Assembly (NCBI GenBank): GCA_963551855.1
Contig: CAUVID010000001.1
Location: forward strand, 1 to 43,167
DNA: 43,167 nucleotides
Reading direction: 5' to 3'
DNA from: Lancefieldella parvula
GTDB taxonomy: Bacteria; Actinomycetota; Coriobacteriia; Coriobacteriales; Atopobiaceae
Shown here: positions 9,373 to 20,922 of the stretch, in pieces
Numbering within the stretch: the stretch's first letter is position 1
How the letters are laid out: each line of letters opens with the position of its first letter
The notes under the pieces: model-generated
Databases searched by the model: none
The model's input: the letters and a program-made list of their open reading frames with translations, nothing else
Told to the model about the DNA's origin: nothing
Translations under genes and position numbers: made by a program

Positions 9373-12300
9373 ATGCCACACGCTCTTTTTACCGAGATTA
9401 CTCGGACCATCAAAGGGTCTCTCGCCAGATTTCTTGCAATTGCAGGAATTGTTGCTTTAGGCTGCGGTTTTTTTGCTGGCCTCAAAATGGCAAGCCCTGA
9501 CATGCAAGAAGCTGCTCATACGTTTTACGCAAACCAACATCTCTACGACCTGCGTGTAATCTCTACGCTTGGGTTAAGCAAGAAAGACATTCATGCCCTT
9601 GCATCAGTTGAGGGTGTTGAGGCGGTTATGCCTTCTCGCACGGTAGACGTTATGGCTACACTGACATCTTCGCAATCTACTGCTCGTGTGAGTTCTTTTA
9701 GACCTGGTGAGCTTAATCAACCAATAGTTGTGGAGGGAAGGCTTCCTCAAGGGCCTTACGAGTGCGTGATGAGCACGGATCCCAAGAAACGTGCAGATAT
9801 TAGCCTTGGTCAACAGATTGAGCTGCCAGACACTTCAAACGGAGTTCATTTAAAGGGTGGTTCGTACACGGTTGTTGGCTTTGTAAATGCACCAACATAT
9901 CCGTATGTAAGCAATTTTGGTACTACATCGTTAGGCAATGGCATTGTTCAGCAATTTGTGTATGTTACGGAAGATGCTTTTGCAAATGATGACCCCTATA
10001 CCGAAGCGTATCTAACGGTTCAGGGTGCTACCAGCTATAAAAGCGGCTCATCGGACTATCAGAGTGCCGTTGATAGCGTTGCAGAACGCATTTCGCAGAT
10101 GAATCCGTCACTTGCTTCACTTCGTTTGCAAGAGCTCAAAGATGACGCTCAGACTCAAGTTGATGAGGCTCGTCAAAAGCTGGAGCAATCAAGGCAGGAA
10201 GCCGCAGATAAACTAGGGGATGCTCAAAAGAAGCTTGATGACGCGGAAGCGCAGATTTCCGCTCAACAGCAAAAACTGGCTGATGGTCAGCGTCAATATA
10301 ATGCGGGACGTCAGCAGCTTACAGCTTCGCGCTACAGTGCTGAGCAGCAATTTGCCCAAGCGGAAGCTCAGATTACTGCCTCAGAGGCTCAGATAGCTCA
10401 GGGTACAGCTGAGCTCAGTGCAGGAGAGGCCCAGTATCAGGCTGGTCTTGCTGCCTATAATGCAGGACAAGCAACGTTTACACAGCAAAAGAGTGCGTTT
10501 GAAGCGGGTAGAGATGCGTATCTTGCGGGGCTTGCTGCGCAAGGCATCACCGCTTCAAGTCTTGAAGAAGCGCAGCAACGGCTCAGCGCTTTAGGTCTGG
10601 CAACTACGCAAGTAGACGCCCTTCTCGCCACACAAGCGCAGATTACGGCTGCAGAGACAGAATTGGCTACCCAGCAGCAGACTCTTGCGGCTGCGAGGGG
10701 AGAGCTTGATCAGCGCACAGCTCAACTACATGAGGCAGAGTCTCAAGTAGCTCAGGCGCGTCAGGATTTGAGTGAGGCGAGAAGTGCTACTGCAGATCAG
10801 CTGTCTGCGGCTCAAGAAAAACTTGCTGCGTCGCTTAGCCACCTGAGCGCAGGACAAACAGCCCTCCAAAGTGCAGAAGCTCAGACTAACGAGGGAAGAC
10901 AGAGTCTTGAGGAGCAACGCGCTGAGGTCGAGAAACAACTTGCTGACGGTCAGAAAGAGCTTGATGAAGCTCAGAAGAAGATTGATGAGCTTAAAGAGCC
11001 TGATGTGTATGTACTTGATCGCACAAAAGAGATTGGTGTTGCAGCTTATCAAGCAGACTCTGAGCGTATCAATGATATTGCTAATGTATTCCCGCTGATG
11101 TTCTTCTTGGTAGCTGCTTTGGTGTCACTTACCAGTATGACGCGTATGGTTTCTGAAGAACGTACGCTTATTGGTGTTCATAAGGCGCTTGGTTATTCAA
11201 CCGCTCAGATTGCGGCAAAGTACCTGTTATATGCCTTGCTCGCCTCACTTTTGGGTGCCGTTATTGGCATAGCATGTTTAAGTCAAGTGTTGCCAGGCGT
11301 TATTATCTCTGCATACGGGTCAATTTATACCATCCCAAATGGGGGAGCTCCTTATTCTATTCAGCTTGATAGTGCGCTACTCTCTGGACTTTCCGGTATA
11401 GGCATCACGCTTCTTTCAACCATGGCTGCTGTTTTATCCTCATTGAAAGAAGAGCCATCTAGCCTCATGCTTCCAAAAGCTCCAAAAGCGGGCTCAAAGA
11501 TTTTGCTTGAGCGCGTTGAACCTCTATGGTCCAGATTGTCTTTCTCGTGGAAAGTTACCATCAGAAACCTTGTCCGCTATAAGAGGCGCTTGATTATGAC
11601 GCTCGTGGGAATTGCTGGATGTACTGCACTCTTATTAGTGGCTTTTGGCCTTAGAGATTCTATTAGCGACATCATTGATAACCAATGGCCAGCTATCTCG
11701 CATTATGACTACATTGTGGGAATGACTTCTGATGTTTCTGAGGAAGAAGCAAATCAGATTAATGCAGAGCTTAATCAGGTGGGCGCTACAAATATCCGCC
11801 GCATAACCAGAGAAAACGTTCTTCTTGAGTCTTCTACACAAAAGGCAGGCTCACTGACAAGAACAACTATTATGACCAGTGATTCTCTTCAAGACCTCAC
11901 GGGTTTAGCTACCCTGCGCAATCGTCTTTCTGGTCAAACAATAGAGCTTGGAGAAGATTCGGTTGTAATTACAGAAAAGCTTGCAAAACGGCTTGGGGTA
12001 GGCGTGGGAGATACTATTCAGGTCTATGCTCAAGACAGAATCGGAAACGCTTCTGGCGAGCCAAGTACGCTTACTGTTACAGGAGTTGCCGAGAATTACG
12101 TTGGGTCGTATCTGTATCTGGGACCTTCAGCATGGCATTCTCTAGGTATTCAAGATCAAGCAGCGGACGGCTGGTATGCAACGCTTCCCGAAGATCAAGC
12201 AACGAGAGATGCATTTGGAGAAAAGCTTATTAACCAGACAGGAGTTGCAACTGTTGATGACGTCAATGAAGCTATCCGCACCTATAGAGAATCGCTTGCC

Positions 12301-12705
12301 GTAGTTAACCGTGTTGTAGCTATTCTTATTGTGGCTGCAGCTCTGCTGGCATTTATCGTCCTGTATAACCTCACCAATATCAATATTGAAGAGCGCATTA
12401 GAGAAATTGCAAGCCTCAAAGTACTTGGATTTACGCGTCATGAAGTTGATGCCTATGTCTTTAGAGAGATTGCTTTGTTGGCCATCTTTGGAGCGTTTTT
12501 TGGACTTGTTCTAGGAACATACCTTGAGGGATTTGTAGTTCAAACTGCCGAGATTGACCTTGTTATGTTTGGTCGAGCTATCCATGCACCAAGTTATTGG
12601 TTTGCCTTTGGACTTACGCTTGTCTTCTCGCTGTTGGTATATGTTGCCATGCGACCTAAGCTCAAAAATATTGATATGGTTGAGAGCTTGAAGAGCGTTG
12701 AGTAG
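9373..12705 (+). CDS. FtsX-like ABC permease with long Gln/Ala coiled-coil
   Basis: Two FtsX-type TM blocks (EERTLIGVHKALG; ERIREIASLKVLG), heptad-rich insert, ends IDMVESLKSVE. Confidence 0.92.
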   Translation: MPHALFTEITRTIKGSLARFLAIAGIVALGCGFFAGLKMASPDMQEAAHTFYANQHLYDLRVISTLGLSKKDIHALASVEGVEAVMPSRTVDVMATLTSSQSTARVSSFRPGELNQPIVVEGRLPQGPYECVMSTDPKKRADISLGQQIELPDTSNGVHLKGGSYTVVGFVNAPTYPYVSNFGTTSLGNGIVQQFVYVTEDAFANDDPYTEAYLTVQGATSYKSGSSDYQSAVDSVAERISQMNPSLASLRLQELKDDAQTQVDEARQKLEQSRQEAADKLGDAQKKLDDAEAQISAQQQKLADGQRQYNAGRQQLTASRYSAEQQFAQAEAQITASEAQIAQGTAELSAGEAQYQAGLAAYNAGQATFTQQKSAFEAGRDAYLAGLAAQGITASSLEEAQQRLSALGLATTQVDALLATQAQITAAETELATQQQTLAAARGELDQRTAQLHEAESQVAQARQDLSEARSATADQLSAAQEKLAASLSHLSAGQTALQSAEAQTNEGRQSLEEQRAEVEKQLADGQKELDEAQKKIDELKEPDVYVLDRTKEIGVAAYQADSERINDIANVFPLMFFLVAALVSLTSMTRMVSEERTLIGVHKALGYSTAQIAAKYLLYALLASLLGAVIGIACLSQVLPGVIISAYGSIYTIPNGGAPYSIQLDSALLSGLSGIGITLLSTMAAVLSSLKEEPSSLMLPKAPKAGSKILLERVEPLWSRLSFSWKVTIRNLVRYKRRLIMTLVGIAGCTALLLVAFGLRDSISDIIDNQWPAISHYDYIVGMTSDVSEEEANQINAELNQVGATNIRRITRENVLLESSTQKAGSLTRTTIMTSDSLQDLTGLATLRNRLSGQTIELGEDSVVITEKLAKRLGVGVGDTIQVYAQDRIGNASGEPSTLTVTGVAENYVGSYLYLGPSAWHSLGIQDQAADGWYATLPEDQATRDAFGEKLINQTGVATVDDVNEAIRTYRESLAVVNRVVAILIVAAALLAFIVLYNLTNINIEERIREIASLKVLGFTRHEVDAYVFREIALLAIFGAFFGLVLGTYLEGFVVQTAEIDLVMFGRAIHAPSYWFAFGLTLVFSLLVYVAMRPKLKNIDMVESLKSVE

Positions 12706-12785
12706 GCATCTTTTGCGCGCCCCAGGAAGGCACATTTTAGATAAGATAGAAGATAGTTGAGATTGCTTATTTATAAGGAGTTGGT

Positions 12786-15700
12786 ATGCCTAAGGTTTCT
12801 TTTGTAATTCCTGCATACAACATCGAATCGTACATTGGGCGTTGTATTCAAAGTGTAAAGAATCAGACGTTTGGTGATTTTGAAGCAATTATTGTTGATG
12901 ACGCCTCAACAGATTCCACTCCAGAGAAAATCGTTACGGCAGTAGGGGATGACAAAAGGTTCAAAGTTGTTACTCATGCAACTAACCAGGGACTTCATCT
13001 TGCACGTAAAACTGCTGCAGCTCATACAAAAGGCGAGTGGGTCTTTTGCCTAGACGGTGATGATGAGGTTACTCCTGATTTTCTTGAGCAGGTAGTTGCT
13101 CGTATTGATCAGAACCCTGTTGATATTCTCCACCTTGGTATTACCGTTATTCCAGAAAATGGTGTTGACCCAGCTGATGCAAAGTCTTTTGAAAGCTACA
13201 TTAACCAGCAATCAGACTTTACTCAAGGCGATGATATCCTACGCATTATTTATGATGAGGGCTATGGGCAGAAGCTTGATTGGCGCGCTACGCAACGCTT
13301 GTATCGCGGAGAGCTTTTCCGCTCTGCCTTTACAGAGATGACTTCGGAGCGCCTGGTAAGAGCAGAAGATGCCTATGAGGTATTTATCCTGGCAGATAAG
13401 GCTCAGACTGCCGATGGTTTTGAGTCTTGCAGAGGCTTTTTGTACCACTATGGCATCGGAGTAACTGGTGCTTCTCGTATTTCTTTAGATAAGTTCGGAG
13501 AGTTCTGCTATCAGTTCTTAGACAACATTGATCAAGTAGAACTTTATATTGGCAAGACAGATACTATTGCTCATCTTAATTCGTTTAGGGGTATGAAGCA
13601 TAGATTGCTGGAGCTTTTGAGTGCTGAGTGGAGATTTCGTCTTGCTCCTGAAGATCAAGAGGCTGCTCTTGAGCCGTTTGCCATCCTCTTTGGACCATCA
13701 GTAGCAGCTCGAGAGCTCTATCGCTTTGTAAGGGATATTGCTTACGAGGCTATTGCTACTGGAACCGAGCTTCCAGAAGACAGTGATGCCTATCGCTACA
13801 GGACGTATGCAAAGAAATATGCTGCTCTCATGCATCAGGATGAGGGACTGTCGTTTGATAGGGCAGTTCGCATGAAACAGATTGCCGATGAGCACATGGA
13901 ATATCTAGAAAGAAAGCACATGGTAAAGATGTTTGAGCAGCAGCCTATTCGCATTCTTATCACTTCTCATAAAGATGTTGATGTTCCCGCAAGCAACTAC
14001 CTTCAACCTATCCAGGTAGGACCAGGTCAGAAGACCAATCGCTTTACGTATATGCTCCATGACGATGAGGGCGATACCATTACCGAGAAAAACCCCATGT
14101 ACTGTGAGATGACTACGCAGTATTGGGCATGGAAGAACATTACCAATGCTCGCTATGTTGGCTTTGGCCATTATCGTCGCTACTTCAACTTTACCGATAC
14201 GGTTTATCCAGAAAATCCGTTTGGTGAGGTTATGGATGACTTCATTGATGAAGACGCCATCAAGAAATATGGTCTTGATGACCAGACTATTGCTCAGTGC
14301 ATTGAAGGCTATGACCTTATTACCACGGGAGTAAAGGATATTCGCAAATTCCCTGGAAGCGCTAACACACCTCTTGAGCAGTACCATGCTGCTCCATTGC
14401 TTCATCCAAAGGATATGGATACTATGGCTGCGCTTATTATTGAGCGTCACCCAGAGTATGCAGAGGATATAAACGCTTTTCTCAACGGCCATCAACAGTG
14501 CTTCTGCAACATGTACATCATGCGCAAAGAGCTCTTTGATCGCTATGCGGCATGGGTGTTCCCACTTGTTGACGAGTGGACTGCCCGTACTGATATGTCT
14601 ACGTACAGCAAAGAGGCCCTTAGAACTCCAGGTCATCTGACTGAACGTCTCTTTAATATTTGGCGTATGCATATGCTTCGTACAGAGGGCAAAAACTGGA
14701 AGGTAAAAGAGCTTCAGTGCATTCACTTTACCAATCCAGAGCCTCGTCAGAAGTTCATTCCTCTCTTTGAAGAGAAGCCTGAGATTGCAAGCCAGAACGT
14801 TGTTCCTGTTGTCTTTGCAGCAGACAACAACTACGTTCCCATTCTTACCTGCGCTATGGGTTCAATGCTTGAAAACGCTGACCCTAACCGCTTCTACGAC
14901 GTAGTTGTCCTTAACACCAATATTGGCGGTTCAAAGCAGGAGCTGGTTAAGAAGTACTTCTCGCGTTATAAGAATGCTCGTATTACGTTCTATAACGTGT
15001 GGCGTATGGTCAAAGACTACAAGCTAGACACTAATAACGCACATATTAGTGTTGAGACATACTTCCGTTTCTTGGCTCAAGACATTCTTTCTGCTTACGA
15101 TAAGGTTGTCTATCTTGACTCTGACCTTGTAGTTAACGGTAATGTTGCTGAACTTTTTGATGTAAGAATGGGCAACAATCTTATTGCCGCAACGCTTGAT
15201 ATTGATTATCTGGCAAACCTTAACGTTCGCGGTGGAGACCGCATGAAGTACAGCCTTGACGTCCTTAACCTTAAGAATCCTTATGCGTACTTCCAGGCGG
15301 GAGTTATGGTCTTTAATACCGCTGAACTGCGTCGCTATCACACTGTTCCAGAATGGTTGCGCATTGCGTCCAATCCAATCTTTATCTACAACGATCAAGA
15401 TATTCTGAACAGCGAGTGCCAGGGCCGCGTTGTCTATCTCCCTGCTGACTGGAACGTGACGCACAACATTTTTGGACGTGCCGAGAAACTCTATCCAATG
15501 GCACCAAATAGCGTCTTTGATGACTATCAAGCAGCACGTCGTGCTCCAAAGATTGTTCACTTTGCTGGTGCTATTAAGCCTTGGCAGAACGCCAGCTGCG
15601 ACATGGCTTCCTATTTCTGGAAGTACGCGCGCAACACTCCGTTCTATGAGGTCATTATTCAGGACATGGTGCCAGGCGCCAGAAATGATGCCGACGTCAC

Positions 15701-15830
15701 GGAATTCCACGAGCGCGCGCTTTCTGATGCAAGTCCTCTGCGTAAGATTATTGACCCTCTTGCACCATATGGTAGCGCAAGGCGAGAGGCCCTTAAGGCC
15801 CTTGGTAGAACCTTAAGAGGACGCAAATAA
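12786..15830 (+). CDS. Three-module glycosyltransferase: GT2 + DUF4422 (GT111-like) + GT8
   Basis: VSFVIPAYN..VDDAS..LDGDD (GT2); NPMYCEMTTQYWAWKN..GFGHYRRY..ERLF (DUF4422); DNNY..YFRF..YLDSD..DQDILN..HFAGAIKPW (GT8). Confidence 0.9.
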   Translation: MPKVSFVIPAYNIESYIGRCIQSVKNQTFGDFEAIIVDDASTDSTPEKIVTAVGDDKRFKVVTHATNQGLHLARKTAAAHTKGEWVFCLDGDDEVTPDFLEQVVARIDQNPVDILHLGITVIPENGVDPADAKSFESYINQQSDFTQGDDILRIIYDEGYGQKLDWRATQRLYRGELFRSAFTEMTSERLVRAEDAYEVFILADKAQTADGFESCRGFLYHYGIGVTGASRISLDKFGEFCYQFLDNIDQVELYIGKTDTIAHLNSFRGMKHRLLELLSAEWRFRLAPEDQEAALEPFAILFGPSVAARELYRFVRDIAYEAIATGTELPEDSDAYRYRTYAKKYAALMHQDEGLSFDRAVRMKQIADEHMEYLERKHMVKMFEQQPIRILITSHKDVDVPASNYLQPIQVGPGQKTNRFTYMLHDDEGDTITEKNPMYCEMTTQYWAWKNITNARYVGFGHYRRYFNFTDTVYPENPFGEVMDDFIDEDAIKKYGLDDQTIAQCIEGYDLITTGVKDIRKFPGSANTPLEQYHAAPLLHPKDMDTMAALIIERHPEYAEDINAFLNGHQQCFCNMYIMRKELFDRYAAWVFPLVDEWTARTDMSTYSKEALRTPGHLTERLFNIWRMHMLRTEGKNWKVKELQCIHFTNPEPRQKFIPLFEEKPEIASQNVVPVVFAADNNYVPILTCAMGSMLENADPNRFYDVVVLNTNIGGSKQELVKKYFSRYKNARITFYNVWRMVKDYKLDTNNAHISVETYFRFLAQDILSAYDKVVYLDSDLVVNGNVAELFDVRMGNNLIAATLDIDYLANLNVRGGDRMKYSLDVLNLKNPYAYFQAGVMVFNTAELRRYHTVPEWLRIASNPIFIYNDQDILNSECQGRVVYLPADWNVTHNIFGRAEKLYPMAPNSVFDDYQAARRAPKIVHFAGAIKPWQNASCDMASYFWKYARNTPFYEVIIQDMVPGARNDADVTEFHERALSDASPLRKIIDPLAPYGSARREALKALGRTLRGRK

Positions 15831-18002
<2,172 letters not shown>

Positions 18003-18072
18003 ATGTGCATGTTCAGTAATAAAGTGGTGATTTATACTATCTTGTTACTATCAGTAAAAAGGAGACGACAAA

Positions 18073-18255
18073 ATGAAACTTATAAAAAACAAGTATGTTT
18101 CTCTTGGAATGATGTTTTTGATTTTAGCAATCATCCTGAATGTGGCATCAAACGTTAATGATTTATTTGTTGGTATGCTCTATGGCATATCCCTAGGAGT
18201 GTTGATTTTAGGATTGCTTTCTACTCAAAATCGTTTGCGTTTATGCAATCGATAA
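18073..18255 (+). CDS. Small AT-rich two-TM hypothetical protein (60 aa)
   Basis: AAAGGAG RBS, upstream TATACT -10-like hexamer, two hydrophobic helices. Confidence 0.65.
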   Translation: MKLIKNKYVSLGMMFLILAIILNVASNVNDLFVGMLYGISLGVLILGLLSTQNRLRLCNR

Positions 18256-18275
18256 TCTATCCAAAAGGAAAAGCT

Positions 18276-18644
18276 ATGGCAGATAAAAACATTTTGGTTC
18301 TTTGTTATTCTCGCTGTACCACGTGTAAGAGAGCTCTCAAATGGCTTGATGAGCACGGTGTTTCTTATACACTGCGCGATATTAAAGAGGAGAATCCAAC
18401 TGCTGAAGAGCTTGCTGAATGGCATAAGTTGAGCGGTCTTTCTATCAGAAAGTTCTTCAACACTTCAGGCATGGTATATCGCGATAATAACATCAAGGAG
18501 CAGCTTGATGCAGGTATGAGCGATAGTGATGCCTATAATTTGCTTGCCACCACAGGCATGCTGGTCAAGCGCCCATTGGTTGTTGCAGGCAATACCATTC
18601 TTCTTGGATTTAAAGAGCCTGCATGGGAAGAAGCACTTCTGTAA
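18276..18644 (+). CDS. ArsC/Spx-family (arsenate reductase-like) protein
   Basis: YSRCTTCKRA CxxC, FFNTSG, MLVKRP. Confidence 0.9.
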   Translation: MADKNILVLCYSRCTTCKRALKWLDEHGVSYTLRDIKEENPTAEELAEWHKLSGLSIRKFFNTSGMVYRDNNIKEQLDAGMSDSDAYNLLATTGMLVKRPLVVAGNTILLGFKEPAWEEALL

Positions 18645-18705
18645 AACCAGCTTCTTCAGCATGCATCAGTTTATAGATAAGCGTTAGCAAAAAAGCGGCT
18701 ATTCA

Positions 18706-18751
18706 TGAACTGCCTCCCATTTCTTATGTCCAAGAAATGGGAGGCAGTTCA
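18706..18751. repeat. 46-bp palindromic unit, copy 1
   Basis: TGAACTGCCTCCCATTTCTT-ATGTCC-AAGAAATGGGAGGCAGTTCA, perfect 20-bp arms. Confidence 0.97.
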
Positions 18752-18989
18752 TATGCGGGTGATTATGATTCTGCAGCGTGTTAGCGTCGGCTTTTAGGCC
18801 TGGCGCACAAAATAGCGCAGCTTTGGTAGGTTCTGCTGAAGAATCGACATGTTCTTAATCAAGATAGCCAGGCAGCTAGGCGGTCGCACTACCTGATATA
18901 CATCTCTATGCATAAACTTCATCTAATATGCTTAAACATGAATAGACTTATATAAGAAATTTAACTATCGATAAATTCTGTATCTACGG

Positions 18990-19120
18990 AACACACCTAA
19001 GTCGGATATTCTGCTCAATTGCGGGCATTTTACACATCTAATGACGATAATCTGCATGATTGAGGTATTTTCAGCGTCATGTATACGTCTTTTTAACAGA
19101 TTATCTGACTTAGGTGTGTT
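18990..19120. repeat. 24-bp inverted repeat pair (22/24) enclosing 83 bp
   Basis: AACACACCTAAGTCGGATATTCTG (18990-19013) and CAGATTATCTGACTTAGGTGTGTT (19097-19120). Confidence 0.9.
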
Positions 19121-19121
19121 T

Positions 19122-19167
19122 TGAACTGCCTCCTATTTCTCGTGTCCAAGAAATAGGAGGCAGTTCA
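19122..19167. repeat. 46-bp palindromic unit, copy 2
   Basis: TGAACTGCCTCCTATTTCTC-GTGTCC-AAGAAATAGGAGGCAGTTCA; 42/46 identical to copy 1, same orientation. Confidence 0.97.
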
Positions 19168-19228
19168 TCAAGTAGCCGCTTTTCTCTTACGTGTTTGAAT
19201 GCTCAACGCATTTGTTTTTTGCTGCGAG

Positions 19229-20194
19229 TTAGTCCTCGTCATCAACCATTTCTACAACAGGTTTGCCCATGTAATTGATACCGTCGACCAGCTCTTCCAG
19301 AGTGATTCTTTGACCTAAGATAGTTGCTTGAACAAGCTCTTTGTAGAACTCACGAGCTTCATCCATAAGATCAAGAATGCTTTCAGTCTTGATCTCTCCT
19401 GTGTAAGGCTCTTTCCAAGGTAGACGCTTGAGGTTTGCCGTAGGAAAGTCCTCGGTTTTAACAATACGATGGGCCATCGCCGCAACATATGAATTGTTTG
19501 AAGGACGCATGAACTTCTCGGTTTTATACAAAACGTCAGGAAGCTTGGTGGTGTACTTAGGATCAGTACGCTCTACAGTGTGGTAGATGCGAGCGTAATC
19601 CTGAAGGGCCTTCTCGTACTCACCAACGCCAACATTAAGGTCAAATACCTGAAGCGCTACTTGCGAGAAGAGCGCGCCACCAACGTGCTTGGTTGATTCA
19701 ATTGCTTCAAGCACCTCAGCTGGGGGAAACGTTTCAACGGTAGTATGGCGCATGTGCCAGAGAAGGTATGAGTCTAAATCTGTCTCGATAATAGGGTGGA
19801 GTTCTCTGTAGGCATTCTTGAGAGACGGTTCCGCCTCAATCAGTGCATCTTGCTGGGAATACACAAACGGATGGACAATTCTATCCAGCGCGTAGTGTGC
19901 TAAGAGGCCAAGCGCAAACGCACGACCAGCGGGCATGTCGCTCTGCGGTAGGCGAGAAACACCATCGCGAATAGAAAGAAACGCGTCAACAATATGACCC
20001 GCATGCATACGACGATGTAGTCTATTGCAGGCAAGCGAGTGGTTTGGCCAGGCAAGATGACGTGCTAGGAAGGGATCAGGACCCTGGTTTCCAAGCAGGA
20101 ATGCATTGACCTCTGCATCAGTTGCAACAAGTTCTTGCGGTAAATCATGAACCACCTCTGCGCCAAACAGATAGTGGGTTATTAAAGCAGGCAT
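19229..20194 (-). CDS. Zinc-dependent phospholipase C family protein
   Basis: N-terminal MPALITHYLFG, GNQGPD, GLLAHYALDRIVHP, H..IETDLD; AAGGAG RBS. Confidence 0.85.
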   Translation of the reverse strand: MPALITHYLFGAEVVHDLPQELVATDAEVNAFLLGNQGPDPFLARHLAWPNHSLACNRLHRRMHAGHIVDAFLSIRDGVSRLPQSDMPAGRAFALGLLAHYALDRIVHPFVYSQQDALIEAEPSLKNAYRELHPIIETDLDSYLLWHMRHTTVETFPPAEVLEAIESTKHVGGALFSQVALQVFDLNVGVGEYEKALQDYARIYHTVERTDPKYTTKLPDVLYKTEKFMRPSNNSYVAAMAHRIVKTEDFPTANLKRLPWKEPYTGEIKTESILDLMDEAREFYKELVQATILGQRITLEELVDGINYMGKPVVEMVDDED

Positions 20195-20299
20195 AACACT
20201 CCTTGTAGTTTTTCAGTATAAGAGTAGCTGAAAAACGCTCATAGGCGTTAAAATTTCATCTTTGTGTTACAAGATTTAATGATACCTAGGAACTCACAC

Positions 20300-20878
20300 A
20301 TGGGTCTACTGGAAATTTTACTGCTGGGTGTGGCGCTTGCAACTGATGCATTCTCTGTCACTATCTCTAATACTTTTGCCTTTGATGACCATAGGGTTTC
20401 TCGCCTCATGCGCATGCCTCTTTTCTTTGGCCTCTTTCAGTTTGGTATGCCTCTTGCCGGTTATTTTGTTGGCGGCATTGCAGCAGAAGTGATTGAGAAG
20501 TATGCAGGAATGGTCTCTTTAGTCATCCTCGGTTTCATTGGTTCAAACATGCTGTACAGCGGCTATAAGGCGCTCAAAGAAGATGCTTCTGAAGAAGATG
20601 AGGAAGAAGCTCAGCAAGGTGCTACGACGCTCTCTTATGGAAAGCTGCTCTTTCAAGCTGTTGCTACAGCAATCGACGCATTTGCTGTTGGTGTAAGTTT
20701 TAGGGCACATAGTGTAGACATTTTGGTTGCCTCGGCGCTCTTTGGCATTATTACCGCAATTCTCTGTACCATTGCTCTGTTCATTGGCAAAAAACTTGGT
20801 TCTCTTCTGGGCGACCGTGCCGAGATGGTGGGCGGTATAGTACTTATCCTGATTGGACTAAAAGCCTTTTTTGGATAA
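20300..20878 (+). CDS. mntP: Manganese efflux pump MntP family
   Basis: Duplicated ALATDAFSV / ATAIDAFAVG motifs, FGLFQFGMP, about 6 TM. Confidence 0.9.
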   Translation: MGLLEILLLGVALATDAFSVTISNTFAFDDHRVSRLMRMPLFFGLFQFGMPLAGYFVGGIAAEVIEKYAGMVSLVILGFIGSNMLYSGYKALKEDASEEDEEEAQQGATTLSYGKLLFQAVATAIDAFAVGVSFRAHSVDILVASALFGIITAILCTIALFIGKKLGSLLGDRAEMVGGIVLILIGLKAFFG

Positions 20879-20922
20879 AATCTGTTTGACCAGACGGATT
20901 ATGTAGCAGGTAAGGAGGTAGC

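Larger units (their letters stand above)
18706..19167. mobile_element. Non-autonomous composite element (462 bp) with TG...CA IS3-like ends, flanked by 3-bp TCA direct repeat
   Basis: TCA at 18703-18705 and 19168-19170; the flanks rebuild an interrupted hairpin AAAAGCGGCTA/TAGCCGCTTTT; no ORF of 60 aa or more inside. Confidence 0.75.

Noticed and set aside
10130..11000. Gln/Ala-rich quasi-repeats in the ABC permease as a repeat element
   Set aside because: Protein-level coiled-coil usual for this permease family; no exact DNA tandem repeat seen
18706..19167. The two 46-bp repeats as a CRISPR array
   Set aside because: Only two copies, 370 bp apart, almost fully palindromic, and no cas genes in the window
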